A DNA stretch of 64,000 nt from Guillardia theta CCMP2712. Taxonomy: Eukaryota > Protista > Cryptophyta. Made by a program: the position numbers and the translations under genes. Below are positions 25,750 through 41,287 of this stretch, in pieces; the first letter of the stretch is position 1; every line of letters starts with the position of its first letter. The DNA lies in NCBI RefSeq assembly GCF_000315625.1, contig NW_005434666.1, positions 1,073,806 through 1,137,805 on the forward strand. The letters are read 5' to 3'. The notes beneath the pieces were generated by a model. It did no database searches and was not told the DNA's origin. It was given only the letters and a program-made list of their open reading frames with translations.

Positions 25750-27226
25750 CTTCGCCCTCGCTCGCCCTACTACTGGCGATTGAAGACAGCTTCCAAATAA
25801 CTTCCATCCCTCGCATCTTGCACCCTCGCCTGCATCAGTGTAAATGACAGATCTTAGTGGAAGCGCAAAGGAGGGAAAGACTCACGTCGAGCTCGTCTAC
25901 GTCTTTGTTCGGGCTCGAGACTATCAACTTCGTCATCCTATCACTCACCTCCCTGCTCCTCGTCACCTGCTGCATACGGTTGACGACTGTCACCCGCATA
26001 GCTTCCCCCGTAGGAAGTTTCAACGTCCTTCTGCTTCATCTGCTCGTGTACGTCATCGGGCCAGCCCTCCCTCCCCCTTTCCCTCACCCCATCGCTGCTG
26101 CTCAGCTCCTTAAGGTACCTCTTGGCACTCTCAAGCTGCAGGCTGTAGGGCCCCTGTCCTCGTCGACAAGATCAGTGGAAGTGACAGGAGCAGCAAGTCA
26201 GACCATCTCTCCGCGCAACTGGTTGTGACCCTCCCTGCTGCTCTCAGATCCTCTGCTGAGAGGGAATGAGTGGAGTATCATCTTCTGGCACAACCCTTCC
26301 TCCTCTCACCTCAGCCCGTAAACCGCTTCCACATAGCTCCTTGATCTTCGCTGGAAGTTTTGATCGTTGAGACTCTTGGCCTCCAACTTCCGCCGAGCTT
26401 CACGCTTGAGATGCTGAGTAGCTTCTGGTTGAATGGGTCGTGATCTTTCCTCTCTCGCGTCTCGATCAGCTTCCTCGGCATGATCCACCCGTTGTGTCTT
26501 CCCCTCATTAGCCTCGTCTTCTCCTTTCTGCCCATGAGCAACTTTCTGACGGATGAGCTCCTGCAGCCGGGAGTACTCCAGTTCCTTGGAATGAAAATCT
26601 TTCAGAGCATCCCTCAGAGTCCCTCTCTCTTGCTGCAGCTCACGACCGAGTTCGTCCGCATGCTTGACGATCTCCGTCATTTCCCTCGCCCCCAGCTTCG
26701 TCTGCTCCCCTGATGTCTCTTTCTGCTCTCCTTCCGCATGCTGGCGATTGTCCCCGTCTCCCACCACCTTCATCGCACGTGACGAAGAAGTCGCCTTGGG
26801 AGGTTCGAAGCCGAAGCGGAGCAGCTCATCGTGGGCTCTTGCTTCGGAGAGCCGCTGCATGTATGCCTTGCGCCTCAAGGCTTCAGCAGCGACTTGGGTC
26901 GACGACTTCTTTGCCAGCGCCCCACGGAATTCTCTCTGCAGTTCACCCTGCTGCAGCAAAGCTCTTTCTGAGCCGACTGCATCTTTCATCATGTAGACAC
27001 AAACGATTGCTGCTGTGCAGATTAATGCTGAATTCAGTGCAAGTCTGCAAGGTGTCATGGGTAAGTTTATCAACACTTCAACTCAACCAGCCAAAACCTG
27101 AAATAACTCATTCTTTTCTCTGCCAAAACTTATCAACAAGAATATGGATGGAAGAATGTAATGACTTACCTTTGCGCTGCTGTAAAATGAAAGATCCTTG
27201 AAGTTCTGGGGCGACATCATGAAACA
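25750..27226 (-). CDS. Hypothetical protein with an N-terminal hydrophobic segment and coiled coil, multi-exon
   Basis: 256-aa ORF (LALNSALICTAAIVCVYM, then a coiled coil) plus flanking exons with GT-AG sites. Confidence 0.5.
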
Positions 27227-28399
27227 TTCCTGTCAGGCATAGCGAGGAATATCAGAAGGGCTGTCAGACTTGCATTCAATTCAAAAATCTTCACCAGACG
27301 GTGTTTCCATTCTGCCGAATCTTGGATGTCTTGGGATTCAACTATTTCATCAGACCCTGCTAGACTCAAGGTAAATTCGACAACTTTCAGCGAGAAGCTA
27401 CCCGTTCATTCACAGTGTAGATGCACGTCATTCTTTCATGACAGCTACCACCATCATATTCTTCCATCTTCGTGATTGTGATCATCCTCTTCTCCTTCAC
27501 AGAACTTTTCTATCCTGCCCAGCACTAATGTATATGGAGCTTGAAAATTGGTTGGAACCTGGGTCTTCCCTGGTCTTTCAACACACCGCTTCATCTGCAG
27601 CTTGCTCACAACTCGTTTCATCATATTCGATAATACAAAATATTCTCCTCGCTCACTCAGTATCTTCTCCTCCTCCTCTCGCCATCTCCATCTCCTCGCT
27701 CTTCCATATCCTCGACATTATTGTCTCTATTTCCGCGCGATTTCGGCCGGGTTGATTTGCGGGTTGATGGGGGATGAGGGCAACTTGATACCCACCCTGA
27801 CTACTGAGTTACATACGAGGGGTAGTATTCATTGTGTGGGTCACTACCCATATTTTAGAGAGGATTTCCGGGGGTATATTAACGGGTACCTTTGCCACCC
27901 TTGATTGGACTAATGGAATGAGGGGTACTGGCCTCAAGGGTCATTCGAAGGGACGCCATGCATCAGAAGCTGTGGGCGCCGAACAGGCCGCCATCGATCT
28001 TCTCGTCCATGGCCTCGTCGAACCCTGGACTCCAGCGCCTCGCCAATGTCAGACAACAGCATGCTGAGATTCTTCACTCCTCTCTTCCTCCTCTCCCGAC
28101 CTTTCTGTTCCACTCCTCCTGACCTCACCTCTGACTGATCGTTTGATGTCCTTCTCAATTCATAATCTCCTGTTGTTGCCTCTTCTCCTCCTCTTTCCCC
28201 TCTCTCTTTCTCTATCTCTATTTCTGTCTCTCTCCTCCCCCTTTCCTCTTTCTCTTTCTCTTTCTCTATCTCTGTCCCTCCCCTCCCCCTTTCCTCTCTC
28301 GCCTCTATATCACTCTACTGTGTTGTCATCCTGCCCATCCTCTCTTTCCCCCCGCTCTCTCATCTTATCCCCCAGCTCGCCCCTACCTCAACGATGATC

Positions 28400-31300
28400 G
28401 CACCCCAGCTCATGCTTGTCTTCTCCCATTCTTTCTCTCGTACTTATGACACCATGTGTCTGACATGCTCCTGCAGGAAACCGACAACGTGCACAGCCAT
28501 GCCGCAGGATCTGCCAAGGCCAAGGCGAACAAGACTTCTCGATGGAACGACTTTTGGAACAAGTGAATGACAGTGTGTTCATATACATGCTTGTGAGGCT
28601 CCTCCATTAAAGTTGAGTTGCTACCGCTCTGCTCCTTCATCCTGCGTCTGCCAGAGCTTCATCGGGTGCTGGATCTCAGCTCCTCGTAGTGAGGGTCTGG
28701 CATGGAGGAGAGCGCGGTGGACGTGCTCTGTGCTAACTCTGAGGTCCGACACCTGCTTCCCCTTCCCCATGGCTTCTCTGAGAGGTCAGCATCAGTGTCC
28801 TTCAATCTCCTCCTCTCCTGCCAACCTGATGGCGATCAAAGCGCTCTCTTGGCAGAAGAGCTGCAGATCTGCAAAGGAGAAGCCGTCCATGGCGCTAGCT
28901 AGAGACCATAAGAACTCCTCGCTCCTTACTTCCTCCTCTGCCTGGATCTCTCCGAACCCGAAGCTAGTCAGATCTTTGTCTGTCTGCCTCCTGTCCTCCC
29001 CGTCTTCGCTTCTCCTCCCCATCCTTGCCCGCAAGTACTGATGTCGAGACTGGGCATTAGGAGGAGGAACCAGGATATGGTGCTCGAGACGGCCCGGGCG
29101 CAGGAGAGCAGAGTCGATGACGTGGGGACGAGAAGAAGCGCCAAGGAGAATAACCTGGGGGAACATGAGCAGCAGGCGAGAACATTTCTTGTTTGACCGG
29201 GTGATCCTTGCTGGTCTTCATGCCGTCCATCTCGATGAGCAGCTGCGACAGCACGCGATCCAACACCCTGTACCAGGCTCAGCTGCCCTGCAGCTCCTCC
29301 GAGCCCCACGAGGCCACCGATCCGACGAGTCGGCGTTGCTGCGAGGGGGAGCGATTGTGTCAATCTTGTTCAGGATGTCAGGAGGAAGGGGAGGAGACGA
29401 AGAAGGAACCTGATCTATGAAGAGGATGCAAGGAGCACAACTTCTCGCCTGCCTCTCGTCAACAACGAGCAGTACAACCTCATGCTCGCCTGGTCGAACA
29501 GCCGCGAGATCGCACGTTCGCTGCTCCCGACGATTGAGTTGATCAGATCAGTTCCCTGTCAGCTCTCTCAACCAACCTACTCCTCCAGTTGTTGTTGTTC
29601 TCTGACTTATTCAACTCACCCGAACATGCAGAAAGTTGGCGACGGGCGCTGCCTCCATGGCAAGAGCCATCGCTGCCCCAACAAGTCAGCCTCCTTGGCT
29701 AAACCTCCTACATGTTGACCTGCTGCTGTCTTTCCCGTCCCGGGTGGGCCGTAGAGCAAGATACCCCGAGGAGGGTCGATGCCGAGGGACAAGTACCTCT
29801 CACGTTCAGCCAGCGACTGACAAGGAGCAAGGGCATCACAAATACTTGACAACCAGCCCAGGTAGCTCACTTTGATCAAACACGTGTACAAGGAAGATTT
29901 CACCTCTTCCATCCCAACCAAGAACTTCCACGGCAATACAGAGATTTGGACTGCCTATTGGAGGTTGGCAGTGAGTTACAAGAGAAAACAGTTTGTAGTA
30001 GTCCAACCGTCGCTCGGTCTCGTAACAGCGCAGGTCGAACATCTCTCATCACTTGGAGAAAATGCTCCAGTTTCAATGTTTCATCCTCTGCACCCGCTTC
30101 CTGAAACAAGGTATCAAGAAATCATATGAGCATCGGTAATGCATTCAAGATTGGATGTGTCAGTGCATGATGTTGACACGCGTGTACATGCATGACATTA
30201 TTTCACAGTCATACACCATGAGTAACCTTTCGTTCGCTGATGACGCCAACCACTTTGGTGAGAACAAGTTTGAGATCCGCTCCCGTGTATCTTGACTGAG
30301 TCAATACCAAATCAGATGGAAAGAAGACAATTTCACCCGTGAGCCCTGTCTGCGACTTCCTTTAGCGTTTCTTCCTCTGATTTGCGATTGTTGTCGTTCT
30401 TGTTTGAAAATTTTCTGCAGCCAGCTGAGTACGAGGAAATGAGCAAGAAAAGATGACCTGGTAAGGACTCTCAAAATGTCTTGCCTTGCTTGAGAAGTCG
30501 GAACGGGGAGGGGCAACTGAAGTTGAGCAGGTCAGAGAAGCACAAAGTTATCCACATTAACAACTATACCCATGATTCCAGTCGGCCAGCAGATATAATC
30601 TGTTCATCGAGGACATCAAAGCGATTGGTCGCTCCGATTACAAACAGTTTCTTCTTAGACAGGTCCACGTTGTTTCGCACAGATTCCAGACAGCAAAGGA
30701 GGCAATGCGCAGCTCGTTGCTCAACCTGTAAAATGTTGTGAGATGAGATACACGCTACATAATTTCTCTCACTTTGTCTCCTTCATTCGATGGTCTGCTG
30801 CCGATTGCATCGATCTGTACCAGTTGCCTCACTTATCAACAAACACCAACAAGTTGCTCGCACTTCGTCGATGAAGAGGATGCAGGGACAAGCTTCTAAC
30901 GCCTTCTTGAACAAGGATATGATCCTCCCTTCCGTTGCACCTTGATCAGCAGCAAACATTTCCGTCGCATTCGCCTTCGTCTCTATCAAAAAGAACATTC
31001 CTCCTCCATTTCATCACCTTGATGCTGCGATAAGGGGAGTATCGAAGTACAGCGTTGACAAAGCTTGTCTTCCCGACTCCAGATGGCCCATACACTATCA
31101 TCCCACACACCTTTCGAGCACCTGGCATGCAAGTGAATGCCGAGGAAATCAGACTGAAGCGGGTACGACCAGACAAACCTTTCAGGTGCGGAGTGAAACA
31201 TTCTTGTATCGTAGTGCAGGCCTGACTCAGCTGATGGGTGACCTGCACGCTTGTATGAGAGAGGATGCAGCAATGGGAGGGAGAGGATACTCCTCCGATC

Positions 31301-32224
31301 TCCTGCGCTGCTTGATGAATCCAGGCGGACAGCATCTCACAGGTTACATCTGAATTATGTGCCCATTCATTGTCTTCAGCCTCCGATGGAGGTTTTGTGC
31401 TGGTCGAAGCAACAAAGAAGAGGGTGTCTTCGTTGACGTGACATGCATGAGAGGTGATGTCACTCTCACAAAACTCGAATGTCTTGATGATAGACATCAA
31501 AGCATAAGTCGATCTTTGTTTCACATCCAAGAAATCTCACCTGTATTTCGGGGTGAAACTCGATCGCATCGATGGCACAAACAAACTCTTGCCCTCCGAT
31601 GCTGCTGCGAACAGACATTCCTTCACTCCAGACCTGCATGGCATTCCCATCAACCTCATTCCAACACTTGACAAGAAGCCGCGTCAACTGCCCCTACCTT
31701 GCCTGTGAATGCCGACCGGACAACTGGCATGACACACACAGGTTTCAGCTTACATTCGACATCCATGCGCAGGTCCTTTGAAGATTCGAAGGTAAGACAT
31801 ACTGATATCCTCTTGGCAACTGCAATCTTGTCTCTCGAGCATCCGTGTGGGAATATCATGAGTTTTGCTGGGAAAACATGACATTGCAAGTTGAAAGCAG
31901 CACATTCGGAGATCCAACATTTCTCAGCCAGCATCTTTCCGTCTTCACTGCATCGATGGACTTTGACTCTCTTCATGAGACGAGCAACGATTGGTCTGAC
32001 TGCTTTTCTCGCTCGCATCCACACGAAAGATCCAAACTTCAGTTCTTCCTCCGATCCTGTGATGAAGGGAACCTGGTCGTCAGAGGAGTCTCCGAGTGAA
32101 GAGGGGATCGAACTGTTCTCATCCTCCTTCAACAGTATGAGCGAAGGATCATCTGCCATGAACAGGGCGGGTGGGTAAGTTCGGGATCCCGCCATCCCCT
32201 CGGCAAGAAGGCTTTTTGCTGCCA
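28400..32224 (-). CDS. CDC48/AFG2-like type II (double-ring) AAA+ ATPase, multi-exon
   Basis: D1: [18 protein letters not shown] and FVIGATNR. D2: [38 protein letters not shown] and [12 protein letters not shown]. The 3' end is approximate. Confidence 0.88.
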
Positions 32225-33131
32225 TGATGCGCCCCGACAACCATACAAACTTTCAAACTTCACACTTTTGAACTTTGGACAAACAGAAGGTTTCAAACTT
32301 GCCGGGCTCCTCGAGGCTCCCCGCCGCCGCCAGAGGCTCGCCGGACGGCCCCGCCGCCGGGCTGCCGGAGCCTTTGAGGCGCGGCCCGGGCGGTGGCGCG
32401 GCATCCGATCTAGGCTCGACCCCGGAAGTACCCACAGACACTGCCAGGCTGAGAGTAGGCAATATTCCTTTACTCAAAGCAATATTCATCCTTCCCAAGT
32501 TCCATGCAGTTGAGAGTCGCAGGATCAGCGGTTGATGGCAACGGTTCAGTGCTGACTCGCGCCGGGTTCACGCCGGGTTGACGCTACCGGCGGCGTCGAC
32601 TCCCGGCGAAGCTCGGAGCCAACCCCTGTGAATCAGTGACTAGGTCAAGGCTGAGTCCCGTGGGGTCGGAGCGGGCCATGCGGCAGTGCGATCACAAAGT
32701 CGTCGCCGTCGCAGAGACCTCTGCTGTTCTGAAGTTGATCTTCCCCGCATGGCAGCTGCCGTTGAAACGAAGCCAGGGTCACTTGCGATCGGATCGAACT
32801 GCCTGCCATCTACTCACAGGCTGAATCGCATGGCGACTGCAAACAACCGGGTCAAATGGCATCATGAGGTGGTCAGCAGTGGCTGACTCAGGTAGCCACG
32901 GTCACGTCTCAGACCTGGTAACATCATAAGGGTTATGATGTTGATAGAGGAACATCAATTCTTTCAGCATTCTTGTATATGTGAGTGATTGTTGGATCAC
33001 AGCAACAGTGCAGATGCTGAAAACCCCCTGACTTGGTCATGCACATACCAGATTCACAACAAAGGCAAAAAAACAAATGAATTAAATTCGTTAGTTTATT
33101 GAAGCGGTCAGTAAGACAGGAAGCTAATTGC

Positions 33132-34592
<1,461 letters not shown>

Positions 34593-35189
34593 CTACTCCT
34601 ACCCCTACCCCATGGGCTTCCTTACTCCAACGGCTCCGCATTCTCTCTACCCCCTACCCTTTATTTGTTCAAAGATGATACTTTGACCCGTATTCTGATC
34701 GAGAATTGGACCGGTAGTTTTTCAAAATTCGATTGTGTACCTATCAAGATCTGTGTTTTGACTACCCTTACCTACATATCTAACCAGAAAATAACCCACC
34801 CTTGCAAAACTACCCCACCCTAGCGACATTAAAGACACATCGACGGGCCCCGCTCAACCGCCAACCGCTCAGACTACCCTGACCCCCTCATTTCTCAGTT
34901 TGTAACCTGAAGGACTTGGGGGTACTACCCCATGATCAGAGGGGTACTAAAGGTCTATCGATAGGGTAGTTTTCGAATTCTTGGTACTAAATTTTCAAAT
35001 TTTCAAATTCCCCTGCATCCACCCCTCCATGAGTGTCTTGTTTGAATCTGGTCTACAACTACGGGGTACCTTTCCCACCAAGGACGCTCATAGTTGGGGT
35101 CCATTCTCGGGGGTTTGAAAACGAAACAAGTGGGGTGGGTGTCTTGTGTTTCGGTTGGTTTGAATTTTGAGAATGAGGAGGATGAGATT

Positions 35190-37400
35190 CTCATGGGTCA
35201 GCTGGGTGATGTGGGCCTGACTTGGTCACCCGGGGAGGAGGGCAATTCGGATCCTGCAAGCCTGCTAATACAAGCCTACCAGCGAAAAACGATGTCGCAT
35301 GCAGAGGCACAGGTGAGGGAAGCAGAGGTGACGTATGAGCATGAGCATGAGCATGAGCATGAGCATGAGCATGAGCATGAGCATGAGCATGAGCATGAGC
35401 ATGAGCATGAGCATGAGCATGAGCATAAGAATCGAGGTGTAGAAGAGCATCGAAGAACTGTGTAATGAAATGGAGAAAGCATGGGACAACAGAGTGGAAG
35501 TTGGGGAAAGTTGGAGAGCGGAGTGAGAGGGACACAATGACGAGACGACTTCCTGAGAGGAAGGGGACAGAGACTATAATGGGATCTTGATAATTCCCCT
35601 TTCAGCTGTCTATCTGCCAGGCGGCTCATCAATGACGTCGCATTTGCCATTCGTTCATCACCCACTCTTCGGTCTACCCAGAAACTGGTAGGGATCAAGA
35701 CGTTCTCATGTGCTCCCATGACCATCGTGATAGACAAGAGCGCTGCACCGCACTCAAGGGATGAGGAAGGAAGCCTCCAACCCTTGTAACTTGCTGCTAG
35801 CTGTGCTGCATGGGTGATTGATTTGTGTGCCCATAGCAAAAGCAGCCGAGGTAGGTGAAGCTTGCTTCGTTTCGACCATCTCATAGTCGTCGTGCAAACT
35901 GAAGGACGGGAGTGATGACGAATTGCTCGATGATTTTGCAAAGAAACTCTCTTACTCAAAGGAAGAGGTGCGGGTCATTCACAAATGGTGATGAATGCAT
36001 TATCGTTCAAGATTGTGGCTCATTGGCTGTGAAAAGCTCCTCGAAGATGAACGGAGATATTCTGATAGAAGAGGTCTCGAGCAACAAGAATGAGAAGGTG
36101 GTTCGACATCAAAATAACATTTACATCATAACACTTACACAGATTAGGAGGATGAGGTTCACAAGCAACCTACATCTAGAACAAACAGAAGTTCGGCTCT
36201 TGAAAAGAGTGAATGATTCGGCTTCCAAGAAACAAGGCGATACAAGACAAAGTCAATTCGTTGCCGATCACGAATACGTCCCTTATGATTGCCTGAGGGT
36301 AACTATCGGAAGATGTTTCGCAGAAGTTCTCAATTATGTAACAGGGGATGCTGGTCTCGTTTGCTCTGCTTCCTTCCTTGAAGATAGAAGAGGTCAGCAC
36401 TCCCTTGGAAGGGGAGACGCTGACACAGGCACGATCAGCTGCCGTCTGCCAACATGCGCATCCTGATCGTGGGTAACCGTCTTCCTCTCTTACCCCCTGC
36501 TCCTCATTCATGGAACAGGCCTTGCCGGAGGAATGTTGCCAAGATTCGTTCACAGTCAGCTCAAAGGGGCCTCGGTAAGCCTGCAGAGCTGTAGTGACCC
36601 TCTCAGCCTACTTGTTTCAGTTAGATTGCGTTGAGATCGACGAGGCTGTTCGAGATGCAGCAGAAGAGTTCTTGGGCCTCGTGACTGGTCAGCTTCCTGA
36701 GGTCGATTTTCTCGATCGTGCTGAGTGATCTGCGCATCAAAGACGAGAAGCTGAAAGTTCACGTGGCCGACGGTCTGGATTTCGTGAAGGAGGTCGAACT
36801 TACCTTGCTATGGGGCTCTTCTAACATGACGTAAAGAGCGACGACCACACTTACAACCTGAGTATCATCGACGTCAATGCCTGCGACGAAGGTCCGACTT
36901 GTCGACATGGTGTCTGATACTCATGAGGGCACAGACACAACCCTGGAGGCTCCTCCGAGGCCGTTCGTCGAAGATGGCAAGCGCGATAGACTATTTTCTC
37001 GTTCCTTGACCATGCATCCTTGCAGACTTCGTTCGCCATCTTTCCAGAGTAACAAAGAAGCCGGGGGTTGCAGTTGTCAATGTGATCTGCTCCTCATCGT
37101 CTCTCCTCCAAGAGATTTTCGATCGTTTTCTTCGATTTTTCGACGACGTCCTCTACCTCAAAGTGAGCCTGTCGTTTATCTTTGCCATGATAACAGCTCT
37201 GGACAGGACCATTCACCCGATGCCGATGAGAATTACGTTGTCTTGCTCCTGAACGGGCCCTCCAGTCAGTGGAACTTCAACGTTGGGAGCGAATCCGTGA
37301 GCGAATCTCTGGGCAATTCCATGAGCTGATGATTTCTGGCAGGCGATCGTCGATCGCGTTGAGCAATTGGAGAAGATCTTCGTCGCCATGCGACAGTTCG
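35190..37400 (+). CDS. Hypothetical protein, probably multi-exon
   Basis: Several coding-looking ORF segments (35912-36466, 36877-37329) separated by intron-like stretches. No family recognised. Confidence 0.35.
35336..35426. repeat. (GAGCAT)n microsatellite, about 15 units
   Basis: Directly visible. Confidence 0.95.
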
Positions 37401-39755
37401 GGCTGACCGGGAGAACGAGAAGAGAGTTAAAAAGGCACGTGAGACTCCTGTCACCCTCCTCCTTGAAGGAAACCTAGATTACAAACTTCTCACGCTCTGG
37501 ACCAGCCCCGATCACCTGTCCATACTAGATGGATTTGATACTCGTCATCTATCAGTCTCCCTCGTCCGAGTCTGAATCTGTGACATCCGATGCTTCCTCC
37601 TCAGTCAAGGCCTCGGACTCAATTTTCGCTCCGTGTCGACTTCTGCCCTTCTCTTGGGCCTCTGGCTCTGCAGGCACGATCTCCTCGACAGGTTCAGGAG
37701 CCACAGAGCTGAGGGCTGGAAGATAGTCAGATGTCGCTAGTGACAAGAGGAAAGATAACAATCCCCACCTCTGATATCCTTCTGTGACTCTTGATCCAAG
37801 TCCATCAATTCACGTCTCCTTTGGAATACCACCTTCAAGACCCTGATCATAGCTATCTCCCACTTGATGTTGTTATTTGTTGCTGGTCCCTTCCCTGAGA
37901 AATCTTTCCCAAACTTGACAAGCGTGTCTTCCTGATCCTTCCTTTCATCCCAGTCCTTGATCAAGATATCGAAGTATACATCATAATCCTTCAAGAGCGT
38001 CGCCACTTGCTCAAAATTGCATACCACAAGAACTTCTCGTCTCCGATTCAACAAAGTAGAAAGCTCATCCAGCAGGGACCCTTCCAAGGCTCTCAGTTCT
38101 TCAGGTTGAAGGTGAGAAGAGAGGAGGAAGACTCTGATAAACAAGCCTCCGTCGGGAATGGTACCTTTCAATGATCTCAGCTCTCCAGCATTGCTCGCTG
38201 CAGAGGAAGTCGAACGAAGTAAGTCCACTGGGACGGGGGAAGAAGTGTTCTTCCGCTCATCAATGGACAACGACGTGGCACTTTGGGATCTTCCAGCAGA
38301 ATTTCGATCAAAAGCTCCACTGGTGTCCGGCACAAGATCTGAAACTTTCTGATCAGAAACCTGCTTCAGCTAGACGAGGGTGAGTATCTCAACATCATAA
38401 GCAAGAAGCATCACCATGCCAACGGTTTCATCAAGAGCATCCTTCAGTGAGTCAATGGTGGTTTGCATCTCCCGGATCTGGCTCTTGTATTGTTCGCATG
38501 CAGATCGTAGGCGATCGATCCTCGATTCCTGCAGCAACAGAGAAAAATTCCCGCCAGCTGCGATAGTCACAAACTTCACCATGGAGATATTGACACGTCT
38601 GGGAACCTCGACGTGGTTAGAGTGATTCAGAGCAAGTTGACCCTTGTCATTGCATCCACAAGAGAAGACTGAGCCATCGTTCGAGATCATGAGTGTATGA
38701 TCGTATCCACATGCGACATCTACAATGAACGAAGAAGTTTGATTGTTCATCGTTTCCTCAAACTGCATCAATCTCGGTTCAGCGGATTCATTCTCATGGT
38801 ATGAGTTTGCAAACTTTCCTTGCCCTAACTGCCCAAAAACATTCATGCCACAGCTGTAAACATTCCCCTTTCCTGTCAGGAGGACGGTGTGCATGGACCC
38901 ACAACAAGCTTTCACGACATAGTCTCCCTCCTTTCTCAGCCTCTCCGAGAATTCCACAAGTCTCTGTGGAGCCTCAACGATCTCTGAAACTTCTGAATGT
39001 CCAATGCCCAACTGGCCACACCGGTTTCTGCCGCATGCCCAAACTTCTCTGAGCAAGAAAGGTTCAGAACGGAACGGCGCATGAAAGAAATATTACCCGC
39101 TATCACAAACGAAAATGGAGTGGAACTGACCAGAACCCACCTGCTGGATGCTCTCATCGATCTTAACTCGTTCAGGGGGGGTTGGCCCGCCTTGGTGCCT
39201 CCCTATCCCAAGCTGACCGTGTGAGTTGCTTCCGAAGCCCCAGGCGAACCGCTTCTTCTTGCCCTCCACCTCCTCTTGGACAAGTAGGAAGCTGTGATGG
39301 TGACCACAGCAGGTGGAAACAGCCGAGAGCTCAACCTCGCAGGGACGAGGAGAAGTTACCTGCTGCTTGCCTGTCAAGGCCAACTGACCATGCTCATTGC
39401 TGCCAAACGCCATGGCTTCCCCGTTCCCCATCACGACTATAGTATGTGAGAGTCCGCAGGCAAGATCGACTGCGCCCTGTCGACAAAGAACATCGAGGCG
39501 CGTCAACTCCAGTCTTGACTTGAGGTCGCCTAGCCCGAGCTGACCATGACCGTTCCCTCCCAGCACGAACACGTCCCGCAAGTCATCAAGCATACAAGCA
39601 TGCGAAGCCCCGCAGGACATGAGCATGATCTTCTTCGACTCAAACCCTGAGAGCAGGCTGTTGGGGAGGAACCTCTCTGTGACTCTTCCTCCTACTACTA
39701 CCTCTCCCTCCCCCCCTCCCAGTTCGCCGAAGCCTCTGCATCCAACCTCCTCCAT
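37370..39755 (-). CDS. RCC1-repeat (beta-propeller) protein with coiled-coil tail, multi-exon
   Basis: Repeated SCGASH/ACGLSH/CCGSMH/ACGYDH...G.N..GQLG motifs. Confidence 0.88.
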
Positions 39756-41287
39756 CGCACCCCACAAGATTCAAGATCCCGCCCCGACCGTGTAGTGGCT
39801 CCAGTCATCGGACGCCGGCCCGGGCCGGGGTCGGACGGTCCGAGCCCCCCGGCGGCCCGGGCCGACTCGAGCCGCAAAGTTCCGGGTGGTCGGGCACTGC
39901 TCAGTGCAGTGCTACGGTGCCAGTACGGTACGCAGCACTCTTCTTAGGCTTCGAATCTAACCATGCATTGATATCTTCGAGGACTGAGCAACTGACAGTG
40001 CAGCGGCATCAAGCTCGGAATGTCGGAATAGGCTCGAAGGACAATTTGCTGTTGACGAAACCTAAAAATACGGAGTACCAAGCATTCGCCGCTCCGACAT
40101 TTTCAAGCTGGAAGAATTACTACCCGCGGGGAAGAACACTGATGAGTGGCCCCGGGGCCCCGGCTCACCGGGTATCCGATGTCGGCTCGGAGACTCGGTG
40201 CGGCAGCGCGGCCGCCGGCCCGCCGGGCCGGCGGGCCGCGCGCGGCACTGTGACGGTTGGCCCGGGGCCCCACTGCCGCAGTGCCGCCGCCCGGGGCCAG
40301 TGGCACACGGCGGCGGCGGCCGGGCGGCCCGGCTAGTAACGTGCTACTTGGGTCCATAACTGATACTTGGGTCACTGCGGTGACCGTGATGATCGGCCCG
40401 CCTGGCAGGTTCCGAGCGGCGGACTCCGGTAAGCAATTTGATCCGGCAAAAAGTACCCTGGTGGTCGTGGCCTCATTGTGGTCTAGATGGTTGAAAATGG
40501 AAGTAGCGACTCAGCAACTCGCAAAGTTCTTTCCGACGTCACCAAAGGACACTGCTCTCATCCCTTGTTCACCCCGAATCCCTCACTGTCATGTCATCAT
40601 CAACCCATCACTGGTTGTTTGGAGCAGAGTGAAAATGCAACATACATGTATCACCTTAGTACTAACCAAATTCCGGGGAGCCAAGATTGGAGTCGGTGTG
40701 GATGCGATTCTCAGAGGGAAATAGATAAGGAGAGATAGAAGAACGACAGAAGGTAAATGCTGGTGCTATTACAGCAGTGAAAATTGAGTTCCCACACCTT
40801 CAGGTGCTGGGAGTGAGAAATCTGCACCTGCAAGTTTGAACGATGCCAGTAGTCAAAGTTTGAGAAAGCTGATCATCGGATAGCAGATGTCAAGATGTTG
40901 GTGTTGGTGAGTCGGCCCGGGCCATCCGATCGCCGCCGGAGGCCCCGCTGAGTCGTCGGATACCGGCCACTGGCCTAAGTCATGTGATGATTCGACCGTA
41001 CTCTGGAGCTCCGGGTCTCGGAGACGGTGTGTCGGAAACTTTCATACAGGTCTGAGCTTTACAAAAGAAGACACAGCAAAGCATATGATGAGACGAGATG
41101 AAATCTGTGAAACAGGGGAACAAAGCTCACTGACTCACACTGCTCAGCGGTTTGTTGTTTATGAAAGGATCGTGGCTGGTGAGTTGACAAGTTACATTGA
41201 TTAGCCTGATTTAGAAGACCTTCCTGGTGACGCCTTCGTCTCTTGTCTTTTCACTCACCTCTGTATTAGAAAAGAGCTGTTTCATGT

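Noticed and set aside
35094-35537. Poly-HE / poly-HA / poly-ML / poly-CS ORFs
   Set aside because: Alternative readings of the (GAGCAT)n microsatellite, probably intronic (preceded by a GT donor-like site).
39917-40724. Plus-strand ORFs of 139 and 155 aa
   Set aside because: Driven by stop-poor GC-rich islands, with no recognisable domain or consistent splice pattern.
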